The notes under the pieces were generated by a model. It had not been told where the DNA came from, made no database searches, and saw only the letters and a program-made list of their open reading frames with translations. Shown in pieces: positions 28,093 to 37,218 of a DNA stretch of 64,000 bases. Source of the stretch: Planctomycetota bacterium (GTDB lineage Bacteria > Planctomycetota > SZUA-567 > H5-PLA8); NCBI GenBank assembly GCA_038227875.1, contig JBBRPR010000007.1:96001-160000 (forward strand), read 5' to 3'. The position numbers and the translations under genes were made by a program. Each line of letters starts with the position of its first letter. Positions within the stretch are counted from its first letter, which is position 1.

Positions 28093-29586
28093 ATGAAATT
28101 GAGCGTGCTCATACCCGTTTATAATGAGCGTTACCTCGTCGGCGAGCTCATCCGGCGCGTTCTCGCTGCGCCTCTACCCGACGACATGGAGCGCGAACTG
28201 ATCGTCGTCGACGACGGTTCCACCGACGGCACCCGCGATGTCCTCGAGCGCCTCGCCCGCGAAAACCCATCGACGATCCGCTACCTCCCGCAGGCCAAAA
28301 ATGGCGGCAAAGGCGCCGCCATCCGCGTCGCCATCGCCGCGGCGACCGGCGAATTCTCGATCTTTCAGGACGCCGACCTCGAATACAATCCCAACGACTA
28401 CACCGCCATGCTCAAGCCCCTGCTCACCGGACATGCCGACGTGGTCTTCGGTTCCCGCTTCCTCTCCGCCGAACGCCGGCGCGTGCTCTACTTCTGGCAC
28501 AGTCTGGGCAATTGGGGGCTGACGACGCTCTCCAATATGCTCACCGACCTGAATCTGACCGACATGGAAACCTGCTACAAGGTTTTCCGCACCCCGATTC
28601 TCAAGTCGATCCCAATCCGCAGCCGCGGGTTCGGCATCGAACCGGAGATCACGGCCAAGATCGCCAAGCGCGGCCTGCGCGTCTACGAAGTCCCCATCAG
28701 CTACGACGGCCGCACGTACCTCGAAGGCAAGAAGATCACTTGGCGCGACGGTTACCGCGCGCTGGCGGTGATGCTCAAATACTGGCTGATCGATGACCTC
28801 TACGAAGAGAAATCCGGCCACTCGATTCTCGCCAGCATCAGCAAGGCGCAGCGCTTCAACAAGTGGATGGCCGACACGGCCGTGCGCCCGCACCTCGGCC
28901 ACCGCGTGTTGGAGATCGGCGCGGGGATCGGCAACATGACGCTCCAGTTGCTCCCGCGCGAACGCTACGTCGCCAGCGACTACGACGAGCTCCATCTGGA
29001 AGTGCTTGAAGGCCTGACCCAGCACGCCACGTACTTGAAAGTCTGCCGCATCGACGCGCAGAATCCGGAGCACTTCAAGTCGTACACGAACCAGATCGAC
29101 TCCATCGTCTGCCTGAACGTGCTGGAGCACATCCCTGACTCCCGCGCCGCGCTGAAGAACATGTTCGATACGCTGGAGCCCGGCGGCAAAGTCATCATCC
29201 TGGTGCCGCAGGGAAAATGGCTCTTTTCGAAACTCGACCAGGCGCTGGACCACGTGAAGCGCTACTCGGCCGAAGACCTGCGCGAGGCGCTGACCACCGC
29301 CGGCTTCGACGTGGAGAACCTCTTTAATTTCAACCGGATCGGCGTGCTGGGCTGGGCGCTGAACGGCAAACTGCTTGGCCGCACCCGGATGGCCAAGTAC
29401 CAGCTCAAGATGTTCGACTCCCTGGTCTGGCTGTGGCGGCGCATCGACTTCATGCTTCCCTGGCACGGCCTCTCGATCGTGGGCGTGGGCCGCAAGCCGC
29501 TGAACGCCGGGGGCGCGCTTCCGCGCAACGAATCTGCCCCGATGGCGGCCGAAATTCCGGCCACGCCCGTCGCGGCACGCACCTGA
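28093..29586 (+). CDS. GT2 (polyprenol-phosphate glycosyltransferase-like) fused to a class I SAM methyltransferase
   Basis: IPVYNE, VDDGSTDGT, QDADLEY, DMETCYK, then VLEIGAGIG and NVLEHI. Confidence 0.92.
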   Translation: MKLSVLIPVYNERYLVGELIRRVLAAPLPDDMERELIVVDDGSTDGTRDVLERLARENPSTIRYLPQAKNGGKGAAIRVAIAAATGEFSIFQDADLEYNPNDYTAMLKPLLTGHADVVFGSRFLSAERRRVLYFWHSLGNWGLTTLSNMLTDLNLTDMETCYKVFRTPILKSIPIRSRGFGIEPEITAKIAKRGLRVYEVPISYDGRTYLEGKKITWRDGYRALAVMLKYWLIDDLYEEKSGHSILASISKAQRFNKWMADTAVRPHLGHRVLEIGAGIGNMTLQLLPRERYVASDYDELHLEVLEGLTQHATYLKVCRIDAQNPEHFKSYTNQIDSIVCLNVLEHIPDSRAALKNMFDTLEPGGKVIILVPQGKWLFSKLDQALDHVKRYSAEDLREALTTAGFDVENLFNFNRIGVLGWALNGKLLGRTRMAKYQLKMFDSLVWLWRRIDFMLPWHGLSIVGVGRKPLNAGGALPRNESAPMAAEIPATPVAART

Positions 29587-29590
29587 CGCG

Positions 29591-31231
29591 ATGAATACCG
29601 CCGCGCTGCGCAATCACCTGTTGCTGGCTTTTGTGCTCCTCTACTTCGCCAGCGTCTTCCGCGGCGTACTCTTCAGCACCGATGGAGTTTTCGAACGTGA
29701 TGGTTTCTACCATGCCCGCTACGCCCAGATGCTAACCGAGCGCGGCCTGTCACGGCAGTTTCCGTGGATGCAATTCACCGACTGGAAGGAGAACTTCGCC
29801 GACAAGGATTTCCTCTACCATCTGATCCTCGCCCCCTTTTGCCGCGATGCCGCCGAACCGCTCCCCGGAGCCAAATGGGCAACGCTGCTGCTGGGCATGG
29901 CGGCCTACCTGGCGTTCTACATCGCGCTCGTCCGCCTTAATGTACGCTGGCCGATTTTCTGGACCGTCCTCCTGATCGTCGGCAGCGGCATCTTCCTCAA
30001 CCGTATGCTCATGGTCCGCTCTCATGTCTTCTCGGTGCTGCTGATGATCCTGTCCTCATGGGCCATTATTCGAGACAAGGTCTGGCTCTGCCTGGTGCTG
30101 GGCTTTGTCTACGCCTGGTCGTACAGCTTTCCGCTGGCCATGGTGATCACCGCCATCGCCGCCTGTGCCGGGCGCTTCGCGCTCGGCGAGCGTACGCTCC
30201 GAACCTGGCAGACCGCCGCCGCGGCAACTGGCGGTGTCGCGCTGGGGCTGGTCATTCATCCGTATTCGCCCAACACGCTGACGCTGGTCTGGACGCTGGT
30301 AAAGATCGCCACTTCCCGCGCGGCTGGCATTCCGCTGGAATTGGGCTCCGAATTCCGTCCGATGTTATCCAGCAACGCGTTCTCCTCGGGACACGCGCTC
30401 GTTGCGGGACTGTTCTCGATGCTGATCGAAATTCCCGGACCGCTGCTGGCCTTGAGCGCCGCCGTCATGCTCGCCATCTTCTTGAAAGCCGGCCGGCTGA
30501 AGGACCGCCGGCTTTCCAGCGAAAGCGCGGCCGCTCTGGGCGCGGCGCTGGCCTGGTTCGCGGCGATTTTCGTCTTCTCGCGCCTGGTCGAATACCTCGC
30601 CCCGCTGGCGACGCTGGCCGCGGCGCTCGTCTGCCGCGATGCCCTCGCCCCGGAAAACGAATTGCCGCCGCGTACGCAGTTGACGCGCTACCTGGCTACC
30701 GCGCTGGCCAGCTTGATGGTGTTAAGCGGCTTGTACTTCCTGGCGCTTCAGGAAGTCTCCGAACTCGGCTACTCCACCTTGCCGCACGGCGTGGCGCAGA
30801 TGTACATCAACGAAGCGCAGTGGAAATCCGGCCGGTTCTTCAGCGATGCCAAGACCGGCGGCGCCGCCGAATGGATGCATGCGCATCTGCCCGCCGACTC
30901 CACGGTGCTGAATTTCCATTGGGACGACTTTACGGAGCTCTATTACGACGCGCCGCAGTTCCACTACATCGTGGGCCTCGATCCCACGCTGATGCGCGTC
31001 CCCTATCCCGAACAGTCCGCCACGCTGGAAGCGATGCGCACGCAGCAGATCCCGCTGGACTTCGCCAAGCTCCATCAGCTCTTCGGCGCCGACTACATGA
31101 TCATGCGCAGCACCCGCGCCGCGACGTTCCCCGATCTGAAAAACGGCGTACTCCGCCCGGTCTACGCCGACGACGGAGCCGTGATCTACAAACTGCAGGG
31201 GCCGGAGGTCAGGGGTCAGGGGTCAGAATAG
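29591..31231 (+). CDS. Polytopic membrane protein, probable GT-C glycosyltransferase
   Basis: DGFYH in the first loop, more than 10 TM helices and a soluble C-domain; operonic with the GT2. Confidence 0.7.
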   Translation: MNTAALRNHLLLAFVLLYFASVFRGVLFSTDGVFERDGFYHARYAQMLTERGLSRQFPWMQFTDWKENFADKDFLYHLILAPFCRDAAEPLPGAKWATLLLGMAAYLAFYIALVRLNVRWPIFWTVLLIVGSGIFLNRMLMVRSHVFSVLLMILSSWAIIRDKVWLCLVLGFVYAWSYSFPLAMVITAIAACAGRFALGERTLRTWQTAAAATGGVALGLVIHPYSPNTLTLVWTLVKIATSRAAGIPLELGSEFRPMLSSNAFSSGHALVAGLFSMLIEIPGPLLALSAAVMLAIFLKAGRLKDRRLSSESAAALGAALAWFAAIFVFSRLVEYLAPLATLAAALVCRDALAPENELPPRTQLTRYLATALASLMVLSGLYFLALQEVSELGYSTLPHGVAQMYINEAQWKSGRFFSDAKTGGAAEWMHAHLPADSTVLNFHWDDFTELYYDAPQFHYIVGLDPTLMRVPYPEQSATLEAMRTQQIPLDFAKLHQLFGADYMIMRSTRAATFPDLKNGVLRPVYADDGAVIYKLQGPEVRGQGSE

Positions 31232-31235
31232 ACGT
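31206..31235. repeat. Heptamer family D arm overlapping a stop codon
   Basis: AGGTCAGGGGTCAGGGGTCAGAATAGACGT supplies the last codons and the TAG of the upstream gene. Confidence 0.8.
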
Positions 31236-31344
31236 AGTTAGTTGAAGCAGGCCAAGGTAATCAGGCCGGAGGCAGTCCCCGCCAACACAGAACTCTATCG
31301 CACTCGATTTCTAATGATGTACTGCTTACTGCCAATTCGCCGTT

Positions 31345-32076
31345 TCAGATCCGCATCTTGAAATTATCCGCGTCATCATCTTTTTCTGCAGGCGGAGCGG
31401 CATCATTCGGGTCTTCTTCCGGGGCGTCTTTGATATGCAGAACCTTGCCATCCGCGCCGAGCAGCACGTCTTTGTTGCCAACACCCACGAGGAACAATTG
31501 CACGGTCGGCAGCTGGCTTTCGTCGGCCACTTTCTGAAAGTAGACGATATCTCCATCCTTCACCGCGTCGCGTGCAGCGGCGACGATCTCTTTGGGCGCA
31601 TCAGTCAGCGCGATTGTTTCGTAGACGTACTGAATCTTTCCATCGTCGTTGATCAGCGCTTCAAAGTGCTTCCCGCCGGACATGAAGAGCACGCTCACCG
31701 ACCAGTTGGCGCCTTCGTCGATGTCCGCATCGTCGTCCTTGTCGACGGCGACTTCCGCCGCGCGCTGGCCGATCTTGCCAGCAGGATCCATCTTGTCGTT
31801 ATCGTCATCGTCGTCATCATCGCCATCCGGCACCATCTTGCCGCCGCCGGCTTTCGCCTTGGGCTCCGCGGGCGTGGCGTCGTCGTCCTCGTCGCTCATG
31901 TCGACGGCGTCGATTTCCTTGGCGTCCGGCCAACGGCGCAGCACCGCCAACTTGGCTTTTTCTTCAGGAGTGGGCTGGAGATCGGCGTTGTTGTCGATGT
32001 CGTCCTGATCCGCGCGAGCTGCGAAGCTCAGTGCAAGGACGAGCAAAATCATGGTGGCGGAGAATTTCGTGCGCAT
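31345..32076 (-). CDS. Secreted, very acidic protein with PepSY-like segments
   Basis: Signal peptide ending ARA, Asp runs, FEALINDDGKI and VLLGADGKVL. Confidence 0.75.
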   Translation of the reverse strand: MRTKFSATMILLVLALSFAARADQDDIDNNADLQPTPEEKAKLAVLRRWPDAKEIDAVDMSDEDDDATPAEPKAKAGGGKMVPDGDDDDDDDNDKMDPAGKIGQRAAEVAVDKDDDADIDEGANWSVSVLFMSGGKHFEALINDDGKIQYVYETIALTDAPKEIVAAARDAVKDGDIVYFQKVADESQLPTVQLFLVGVGNKDVLLGADGKVLHIKDAPEEDPNDAAPPAEKDDDADNFKMRI

Positions 32077-32247
32077 GAATCAGCTCCGAGTCTTCCCCTC
32101 ACAAAACAACTTTATTACTATAACCAGCTAGACGGGCCTGAGTATTTAAAATCGCAGGAAAAGAGCAGAAAACTTTTTGTGTAAGCACGTGTGACACGGG
32201 ATTATTTGCACAAATTGCTTGGTAAACAACACGCGCAAGCGGTCGCA

Positions 32248-33678
32248 CTACATGTCTTCCAGCAGATGCCCCAGCTTGTTCTTCTTCGTCTTCAAATACC
32301 TGGCGTTATGACTATGAGCCACCATCTCGATCGGAACGCGTTCGATAATCTCCAAACCGTAACCGCCGAGTCCTACAATCTTGCGCGGGTTGTTGGTCAA
32401 CAGGCGGATCTTGCGGATGCCCAGGTCGACCAGCATTTGCGCGCCGATGCCGTAGCGGCGCAGGTCGGGCTTGAAGCCGAGTTCCTCGTTGGCCTGCACC
32501 GTGTCGCGACCTCGCTCCTGCAGTTCATATGCCTTGAGTTTGTTGACGAGACCAATGCCGCGACCTTCCTGCCGCATATAGAGGATGGCCCCCTTCCCCG
32601 CCTTCGCCACGGCGGCTTGCGCGGCGGCGAGTTGCTGGCCGCAATCGCAGCGCAGGCTGCCCAGGGCGTCGCCGGTCAGGCATTCGCTGTGGACGCGAAC
32701 CAGGACGGGGGCCGTCTGAATCGTACCGGGCTTCAAATCGCCCATGGTCATCGCAAGATGGTGTTCGCCGGTGTCGCCCAGCGCCGACTCGTAGGCGAAG
32801 AGCCGGAATTCACCGAAGCGTGTGGGCAGCGCAATTTCGGCGACGCGGTTGACCAGCTTCTCCGTGGCGCGGCGGTATTCGATCAGGTCGCGGATCGAAA
32901 CGATTCGGATTTTGTGCTCGGCGGCGAAGAGCTCGAGATGGCTCAAGCGCGCCATGCTGCCGTCGTCGTTCATGATTTCGCAGATCACCGACGACGGATT
33001 CATTCCCGCCAGGCGGCAGAGGTCCACGCTGCCTTCCGTCTGGCCGGCGCGGACGAGCACCCCGCCGTCGCGGGCGCGGAGCGGAAACATGTGGCCGGGG
33101 CGCGCGAGATCTTCGGGGCCGCTGCGCGGATCGATGGCCGTTTTGATGGTGTGCGCGCGGTCGGCGGCGCTGATGCCGGTAGTCACGCCTTTTCGCGCCT
33201 CGATGGTGACGGTGAAGGCCGTGCCGAAGCGCGCGGTGTTGGCGTGCGTCTGGAGCGGAAGCTGGAGCTCATCGCAGCGCTTTTCGGTCAGCGAGAGGCA
33301 GATCAGTCCACCGCCGTACTTGCGCATGAAGTTGATCGCCGCCGGCGTGATCTTTTCCGCGGCGATGACCAGGTCGCCCTCGTTCTCGCGGTCTTCGTCG
33401 TCGACGAGGATGATCATCTTACCGTCGCGCAAATCGGCGAGCGCATCGGGGATCGAACAGAAGGGGGAATTTTGATCGGGATGCGGCTGGCCGGGCTGCA
33501 GGGGCTGCAAGGGCGGGTGCTTTTTGCCGTGTGTCGCCTTGCCGGCCTTCTTCCAACGCGCCGCAACGGCCGCGCTGGCGATCGAGCTGCGCTGATTGGG
33601 CGTCAGCGCTCGGGCCCGAGCGTCTCCGCCCTTGGCTGCCGCTTGCGACGATCCAAACCCTGCCTGCTTTTTGCGCAT
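32248..33678 (-). CDS. ribBA: Bifunctional DHBP synthase / GTP cyclohydrolase II with an extra ~70-aa basic N-terminal extension
   Basis: [47 protein letters not shown] and LLTNNP. AAAGGAG RBS before ATG 33678. Confidence 0.97.
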   Translation of the reverse strand: MRKKQAGFGSSQAAAKGGDARARALTPNQRSSIASAAVAARWKKAGKATHGKKHPPLQPLQPGQPHPDQNSPFCSIPDALADLRDGKMIILVDDEDRENEGDLVIAAEKITPAAINFMRKYGGGLICLSLTEKRCDELQLPLQTHANTARFGTAFTVTIEARKGVTTGISAADRAHTIKTAIDPRSGPEDLARPGHMFPLRARDGGVLVRAGQTEGSVDLCRLAGMNPSSVICEIMNDDGSMARLSHLELFAAEHKIRIVSIRDLIEYRRATEKLVNRVAEIALPTRFGEFRLFAYESALGDTGEHHLAMTMGDLKPGTIQTAPVLVRVHSECLTGDALGSLRCDCGQQLAAAQAAVAKAGKGAILYMRQEGRGIGLVNKLKAYELQERGRDTVQANEELGFKPDLRRYGIGAQMLVDLGIRKIRLLTNNPRKIVGLGGYGLEIIERVPIEMVAHSHNARYLKTKKNKLGHLLEDM

Positions 33679-33698
33679 TCGATTTCTCCTTTGCCCTC

Positions 33699-33771
33699 AA
33701 TTTACCGACGCAGGCAAGAATGTCAAAATGCTTGCTGGAGCAAGTACGACGATACATGCCAGGCAAGAATG
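33699..33771 (-). promoter_or_regulatory. Sigma70-type ribBA promoter with overlapping operator-like repeats
   Basis: TTGACA-N16-TAAATT on the - strand. GCAAGAAT-N6-ATGCTTGC flanks the -35. CAGGCAAGAATG occurs at 33711 and 33760. Confidence 0.7.
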
Positions 33772-33930
33772 AGATCCACGAAAAGTGACCCAAAGCGGCT
33801 ATGGAGAATCAGCCAGACAGCGCGTCCTAAGCAATTTAATTTTGAGTTTTGATTTTTGATTTACTTCACAACGGCAGCAATTGGGAATTGTCGTTAGGTG
33901 ATGGCAACGACTCAATACAATCAACGCGGC

Positions 33931-33964
33931 AATAAAAAAACGCGCCGCTTGCGCGGCGCGTTTT
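33931..33964 (-). terminator. Rho-independent terminator
   Basis: AAAACGCGCCGC-GCAA-GCGGCGCGTTTTTTTATT on the - strand. Confidence 0.9.
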
Positions 33965-33987
33965 AATTCAAACTTTCAACGTCCAAA

Positions 33988-34122
33988 TTAGTTGGACGCG
34001 ACGGACGGCGAGTTGACGGTGCGGCGGTAGTTGTCGCTGTGACAAGAATCGCAGTGATCACCACAGCCAGCAGTCACGACCAAAGCGACGACGGCGGCCA
34101 AAAGAACGAGAGCTTTGCGCAT
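33988..34122 (-). CDS. 44-aa lipoprotein with CxxCH motif (absent from the ORF track)
   Basis: MRKALVLLAAVVALVVTAG-CGDHCDSCHSDNYRRTVNSPSVASN, with GAGGAGG RBS and its own terminator. Confidence 0.85.
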   Translation of the reverse strand: MRKALVLLAAVVALVVTAGCGDHCDSCHSDNYRRTVNSPSVASN

Positions 34123-34339
34123 TGCAGTACCCCTCCTCATAAAGTTTTTCGCGCCACACGGCGCATGGGTTAATTTTCAACAGCGCACGGTAATGCAAAA
34201 GTTAGACCTGATTTAAAATGCGTCTTGTGCACCTATAAAGATGTCTATTTTGATCCCTAAAGACTAGTCGAAATTCGATCAACGTACACACTAAAATCAA
34301 TCGCTTGCTGTTGATTTTTTGAAGGGCAGAATATGGATT

Positions 34340-34684
34340 ATGGAGCCCGATCCCCCGAGGAAAATTCAGTTCCATCTCACCACCGCGCTGTTTGTCATGG
34401 TAGCGCTCGGCGTACTGACGCCATTCCTGCTGCGTTCGTTCCGCGTGTCCTTCCTGGACGGCGCGGCATTGGCGTATGCGTGCGCGCTGCCCATCCTGAT
34501 CGGCGCGCTGGAAGTCGAGTCCTACCTTCTGCGTCGCGCCGATCCCGACGCGAAATGGGAACGCCCACGCCAGGCCGCCACGCGGTTAATGGGCGTTTTG
34601 CTCTGTCTGGTTTTCGAATGGGCGGCGATCGGGCTATGGGCAATCTGCGTGGCGAAAGTCGTGGGTCCGGTCTTCCAGAAATAG
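34340..34684 (+). CDS. Small membrane protein with N-terminal KIQFHL motif
   Basis: MEPDPPRKIQFHLTTALFVMVALG, about 3 TM. Confidence 0.7.
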   Translation: MEPDPPRKIQFHLTTALFVMVALGVLTPFLLRSFRVSFLDGAALAYACALPILIGALEVESYLLRRADPDAKWERPRQAATRLMGVLLCLVFEWAAIGLWAICVAKVVGPVFQK

Positions 34685-34739
34685 TACGCCGAGGCAGGCA
34701 GATCCGCGATTCTGCTTTTCCCTTATTAAGGCTACACGT

Positions 34740-34781
34740 GGTAGCCCCGGCAGTTCATTTAAAGAGACTGCCGAGGCTACC
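34740..34781. repeat. GTAG-type palindrome between convergent genes (REP/terminator-like)
   Basis: GGTAGCCCCGGCAGT-N12-ACTGCCGAGGCTACC. Confidence 0.6.
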
Positions 34782-34818
34782 GTTACTTCGCGAATTCCGT
34801 GTTACGATGCGATTACGT

Positions 34819-36222
34819 TTACTTAATCTTCTTGTGGCCCGGGCGCTTGGCAGCCGCGTCCCAGCTCTTGCGCAGATCCTTCGGGTTGACCGTGCCGTAG
34901 CTCTTGCCGCTGCCGGGAACCAGCGTCTTCTTCGTGTCCAGGTTCGGCAGCGCGTCGCCGTGTCCTGCGATCAATTCATCGCACATTTCGACGATCTGGT
35001 CGAGCGTCAACGTAGCGGCTGTCAACGGATCGAACATCGCGGCCTGGTAGACGTGGTCGCGGCGGCCTTCCAGCGCGGCGCGGATGAACAGCTCATGCTG
35101 CGTGATGTGCGGCTGCATGTAACCGACCAACTGCGGCGGCAGTTCGCCGACGGTCGTGAACTGCAAGCCGGCGCGGTCGACCAGCGTCGGGACTTCGGCG
35201 ATGGCGCTGTCGGGCAGGTTGGAGATCGCGCCGTTGTTGCGCATGTTGCCGTAGACGACGCTGGGTTTGCCGGTGACCATCGAGTGGATGATCGTGCTGC
35301 CGTATTCGTGGCTCTTGCAGACGTTCATCTTCTCGTCGGACTTGCTGAACGTCTTCATCCGTTCGAATTCGTCGATGATGTTGTCGCAGCGGTAGAGGTA
35401 CTCGTCGATCGGCACGTCGTACTTCTTGAAGTGTTCCTCGCCGTGCGGGATGAAGTACGGGCAGTATTCGGCGTTGTGTTCGCTGGATTCGGTGATGAAG
35501 TAGCCGAGGCGCTTCATCAGTTCGAAGCGGACCTTGTTCTTCTGGTAGATCTCCGGGTTCTTCATCGCTTCGAACAGGCGCGGGTAAAGGTCAACGCCGT
35601 TCTTCTCGAGCTTCTGGTAGAAGGCCATGTGATTGATGCCGGCGCAGACGAACGAGATGTCTTCCGACTTCTCGCCGATGTAGCTCATCAACTGGTCGAG
35701 CGTGCCCTGGACGCTGTGACAGAGACCCACGGCCTGAATGTTGCTCGTCCGGGTGATCGTCTGCATGTTCATGGACATCGGGTTGGAATAGTTGAGCAGC
35801 GTGGCCTTGGGGCAGACCTGCATCATGTCCTTGACCAGACCCGAGAGCATCGGGAACGTGCGGAGCGCGCGGAAGAAGCCGCCGGGGCCGGTGGTGTCGG
35901 CGATGGTGAAGTTCAAGCCGTACTTGCGCGGAATTTCGAAGTCGACCAGCGTGCTGTCGAAGCCGCCGATCTGGACCATGTTGATCACGAAGTCGGCGCC
36001 GCGGAGCGCGTCCTTGCGGTCGAGGGTCGTTTCAATTTTGGGGCTGGCGCCGACGGCCTGAGCGACCTTGCGGCAGAGGTTCCCGCCGACTTCCAGTCGT
36101 GCCTTGTCGATGTCCATGTACGAGAACGTGGCGTTTTTGAATTCTGGAAAACCCAGAATGTCGCCGGTTAGATTTTTGGAGAACACGACGCTTCCTGCGC
36201 CGATCAGTGCAACTTTGATCAT
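34819..36222 (-). CDS. melA: Family 4 glycoside hydrolase (alpha-galactosidase/glucosidase)
   Basis: IGAGS, ADFVI, DFEIPRKYG, DTTGPGG, NYSNP, GLCHSV, AGINH and TESSEH. Confidence 0.9.
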   Translation of the reverse strand: MIKVALIGAGSVVFSKNLTGDILGFPEFKNATFSYMDIDKARLEVGGNLCRKVAQAVGASPKIETTLDRKDALRGADFVINMVQIGGFDSTLVDFEIPRKYGLNFTIADTTGPGGFFRALRTFPMLSGLVKDMMQVCPKATLLNYSNPMSMNMQTITRTSNIQAVGLCHSVQGTLDQLMSYIGEKSEDISFVCAGINHMAFYQKLEKNGVDLYPRLFEAMKNPEIYQKNKVRFELMKRLGYFITESSEHNAEYCPYFIPHGEEHFKKYDVPIDEYLYRCDNIIDEFERMKTFSKSDEKMNVCKSHEYGSTIIHSMVTGKPSVVYGNMRNNGAISNLPDSAIAEVPTLVDRAGLQFTTVGELPPQLVGYMQPHITQHELFIRAALEGRRDHVYQAAMFDPLTAATLTLDQIVEMCDELIAGHGDALPNLDTKKTLVPGSGKSYGTVNPKDLRKSWDAAAKRPGHKKIK

Positions 36223-36349
36223 CGAAAGTTCCTCTCCCTGAAAAAGGGTGTGATGGAGACTGCAGCATGTGACAACGGTGACTAGACTAGCCAATCCTCC
36301 CACCTATACGCCATAGCATTTAGATGACATTACTAGTACAAATGTGACC

Positions 36350-37210
36350 ATGGCTAAGCTGCCGCAGAACCCTGAAACTCAGGCGCCGTGGGTGCGTACC
36401 GGCGAACCGCTGATGTGGATCTCCGGTGCCGGTCGCGAGCGCCGCACGCGAGAGGAAGACTACTACCACGACGCGCGCAAGCGCCCCGATCCCTTTCATC
36501 TGGTGCTGCAATTGACACTGAGTGGCGCGGGATTTTACGAACGGCGCGGTCGCCGGACACTGTTGCGTCCGGGAATGGCATTCTTCGATCACATTCCGGG
36601 AGACTTCATCTACGGATACCCGCCCCACGCAACGGAGGTTTACGATCAGGTTTACCTCTCGCTGACCGGCGCAGTTTCCAAACGCTGGTGGCGGAGGATC
36701 ACGTCGCGGTTTGGTACAATCTTGAACTTCGGCCCGATCAACCCCATCGCACCGTTAATGCTCAGCATCGTCCAGCAGTTTAAGGAACGCAGCGTGCCCG
36801 ACCGCTACCTGGCGTCCGCGCAGGTGTATCAATTGTTGATGACGGTCTTAAGTACGCTCAACCGCAGCAGCGTGACAACCGCGCCACTGGTCAATTCGGC
36901 GCTGGAGCAAATCGAGCGGCGCGGACGGGACGCGGGATTTAACGTCGCAACGCTGGCCCATGAACTGCGCTGCTCGCGCGAATACCTCTCGCGGCAATTC
37001 CGCGGGAGCCTCGGGGTTAGCCCGCTCGATTATCTCACGCAACATCGGCTGCGCCTGGCCGCTCAGGAACTGCGCGGCGACAACGAAAAGCTGGACGTCA
37101 TCGCCCAGCGCGCGGGCTTCGCGGGCGCCAACTATCTCTGCCGCGTTTTTCGTAAACAGTACGGATTGTCGCCCATGGAATTCCGCAAGCGGCCATGGAT
37201 GCTCTCCTGA
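36350..37210 (+). CDS. AraC-family regulator
   Basis: Cupin-like N-domain and twin HTH (SREYLSRQF...GF...NYLCRVFRK.YG.SP). Divergent from the GH4 gene. Confidence 0.92.
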   Translation: MAKLPQNPETQAPWVRTGEPLMWISGAGRERRTREEDYYHDARKRPDPFHLVLQLTLSGAGFYERRGRRTLLRPGMAFFDHIPGDFIYGYPPHATEVYDQVYLSLTGAVSKRWWRRITSRFGTILNFGPINPIAPLMLSIVQQFKERSVPDRYLASAQVYQLLMTVLSTLNRSSVTTAPLVNSALEQIERRGRDAGFNVATLAHELRCSREYLSRQFRGSLGVSPLDYLTQHRLRLAAQELRGDNEKLDVIAQRAGFAGANYLCRVFRKQYGLSPMEFRKRPWMLS

Positions 37211-37218
37211 AGACCGTG

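Noticed and set aside
33680..33930. FMN riboswitch upstream of ribBA
   Set aside because: No RFN core sequences were seen, and the promoter sits immediately before the RBS.
32191..36171. Long + strand ORFs 32191-33852 and 34333-36171
   Set aside because: Antisense shadows of ribBA and the GH4 gene, as expected in GC-rich DNA. The same applies to many other track ORFs, such as 7260-8462, 12003-13295, 28174-29613 and 52962-54383.
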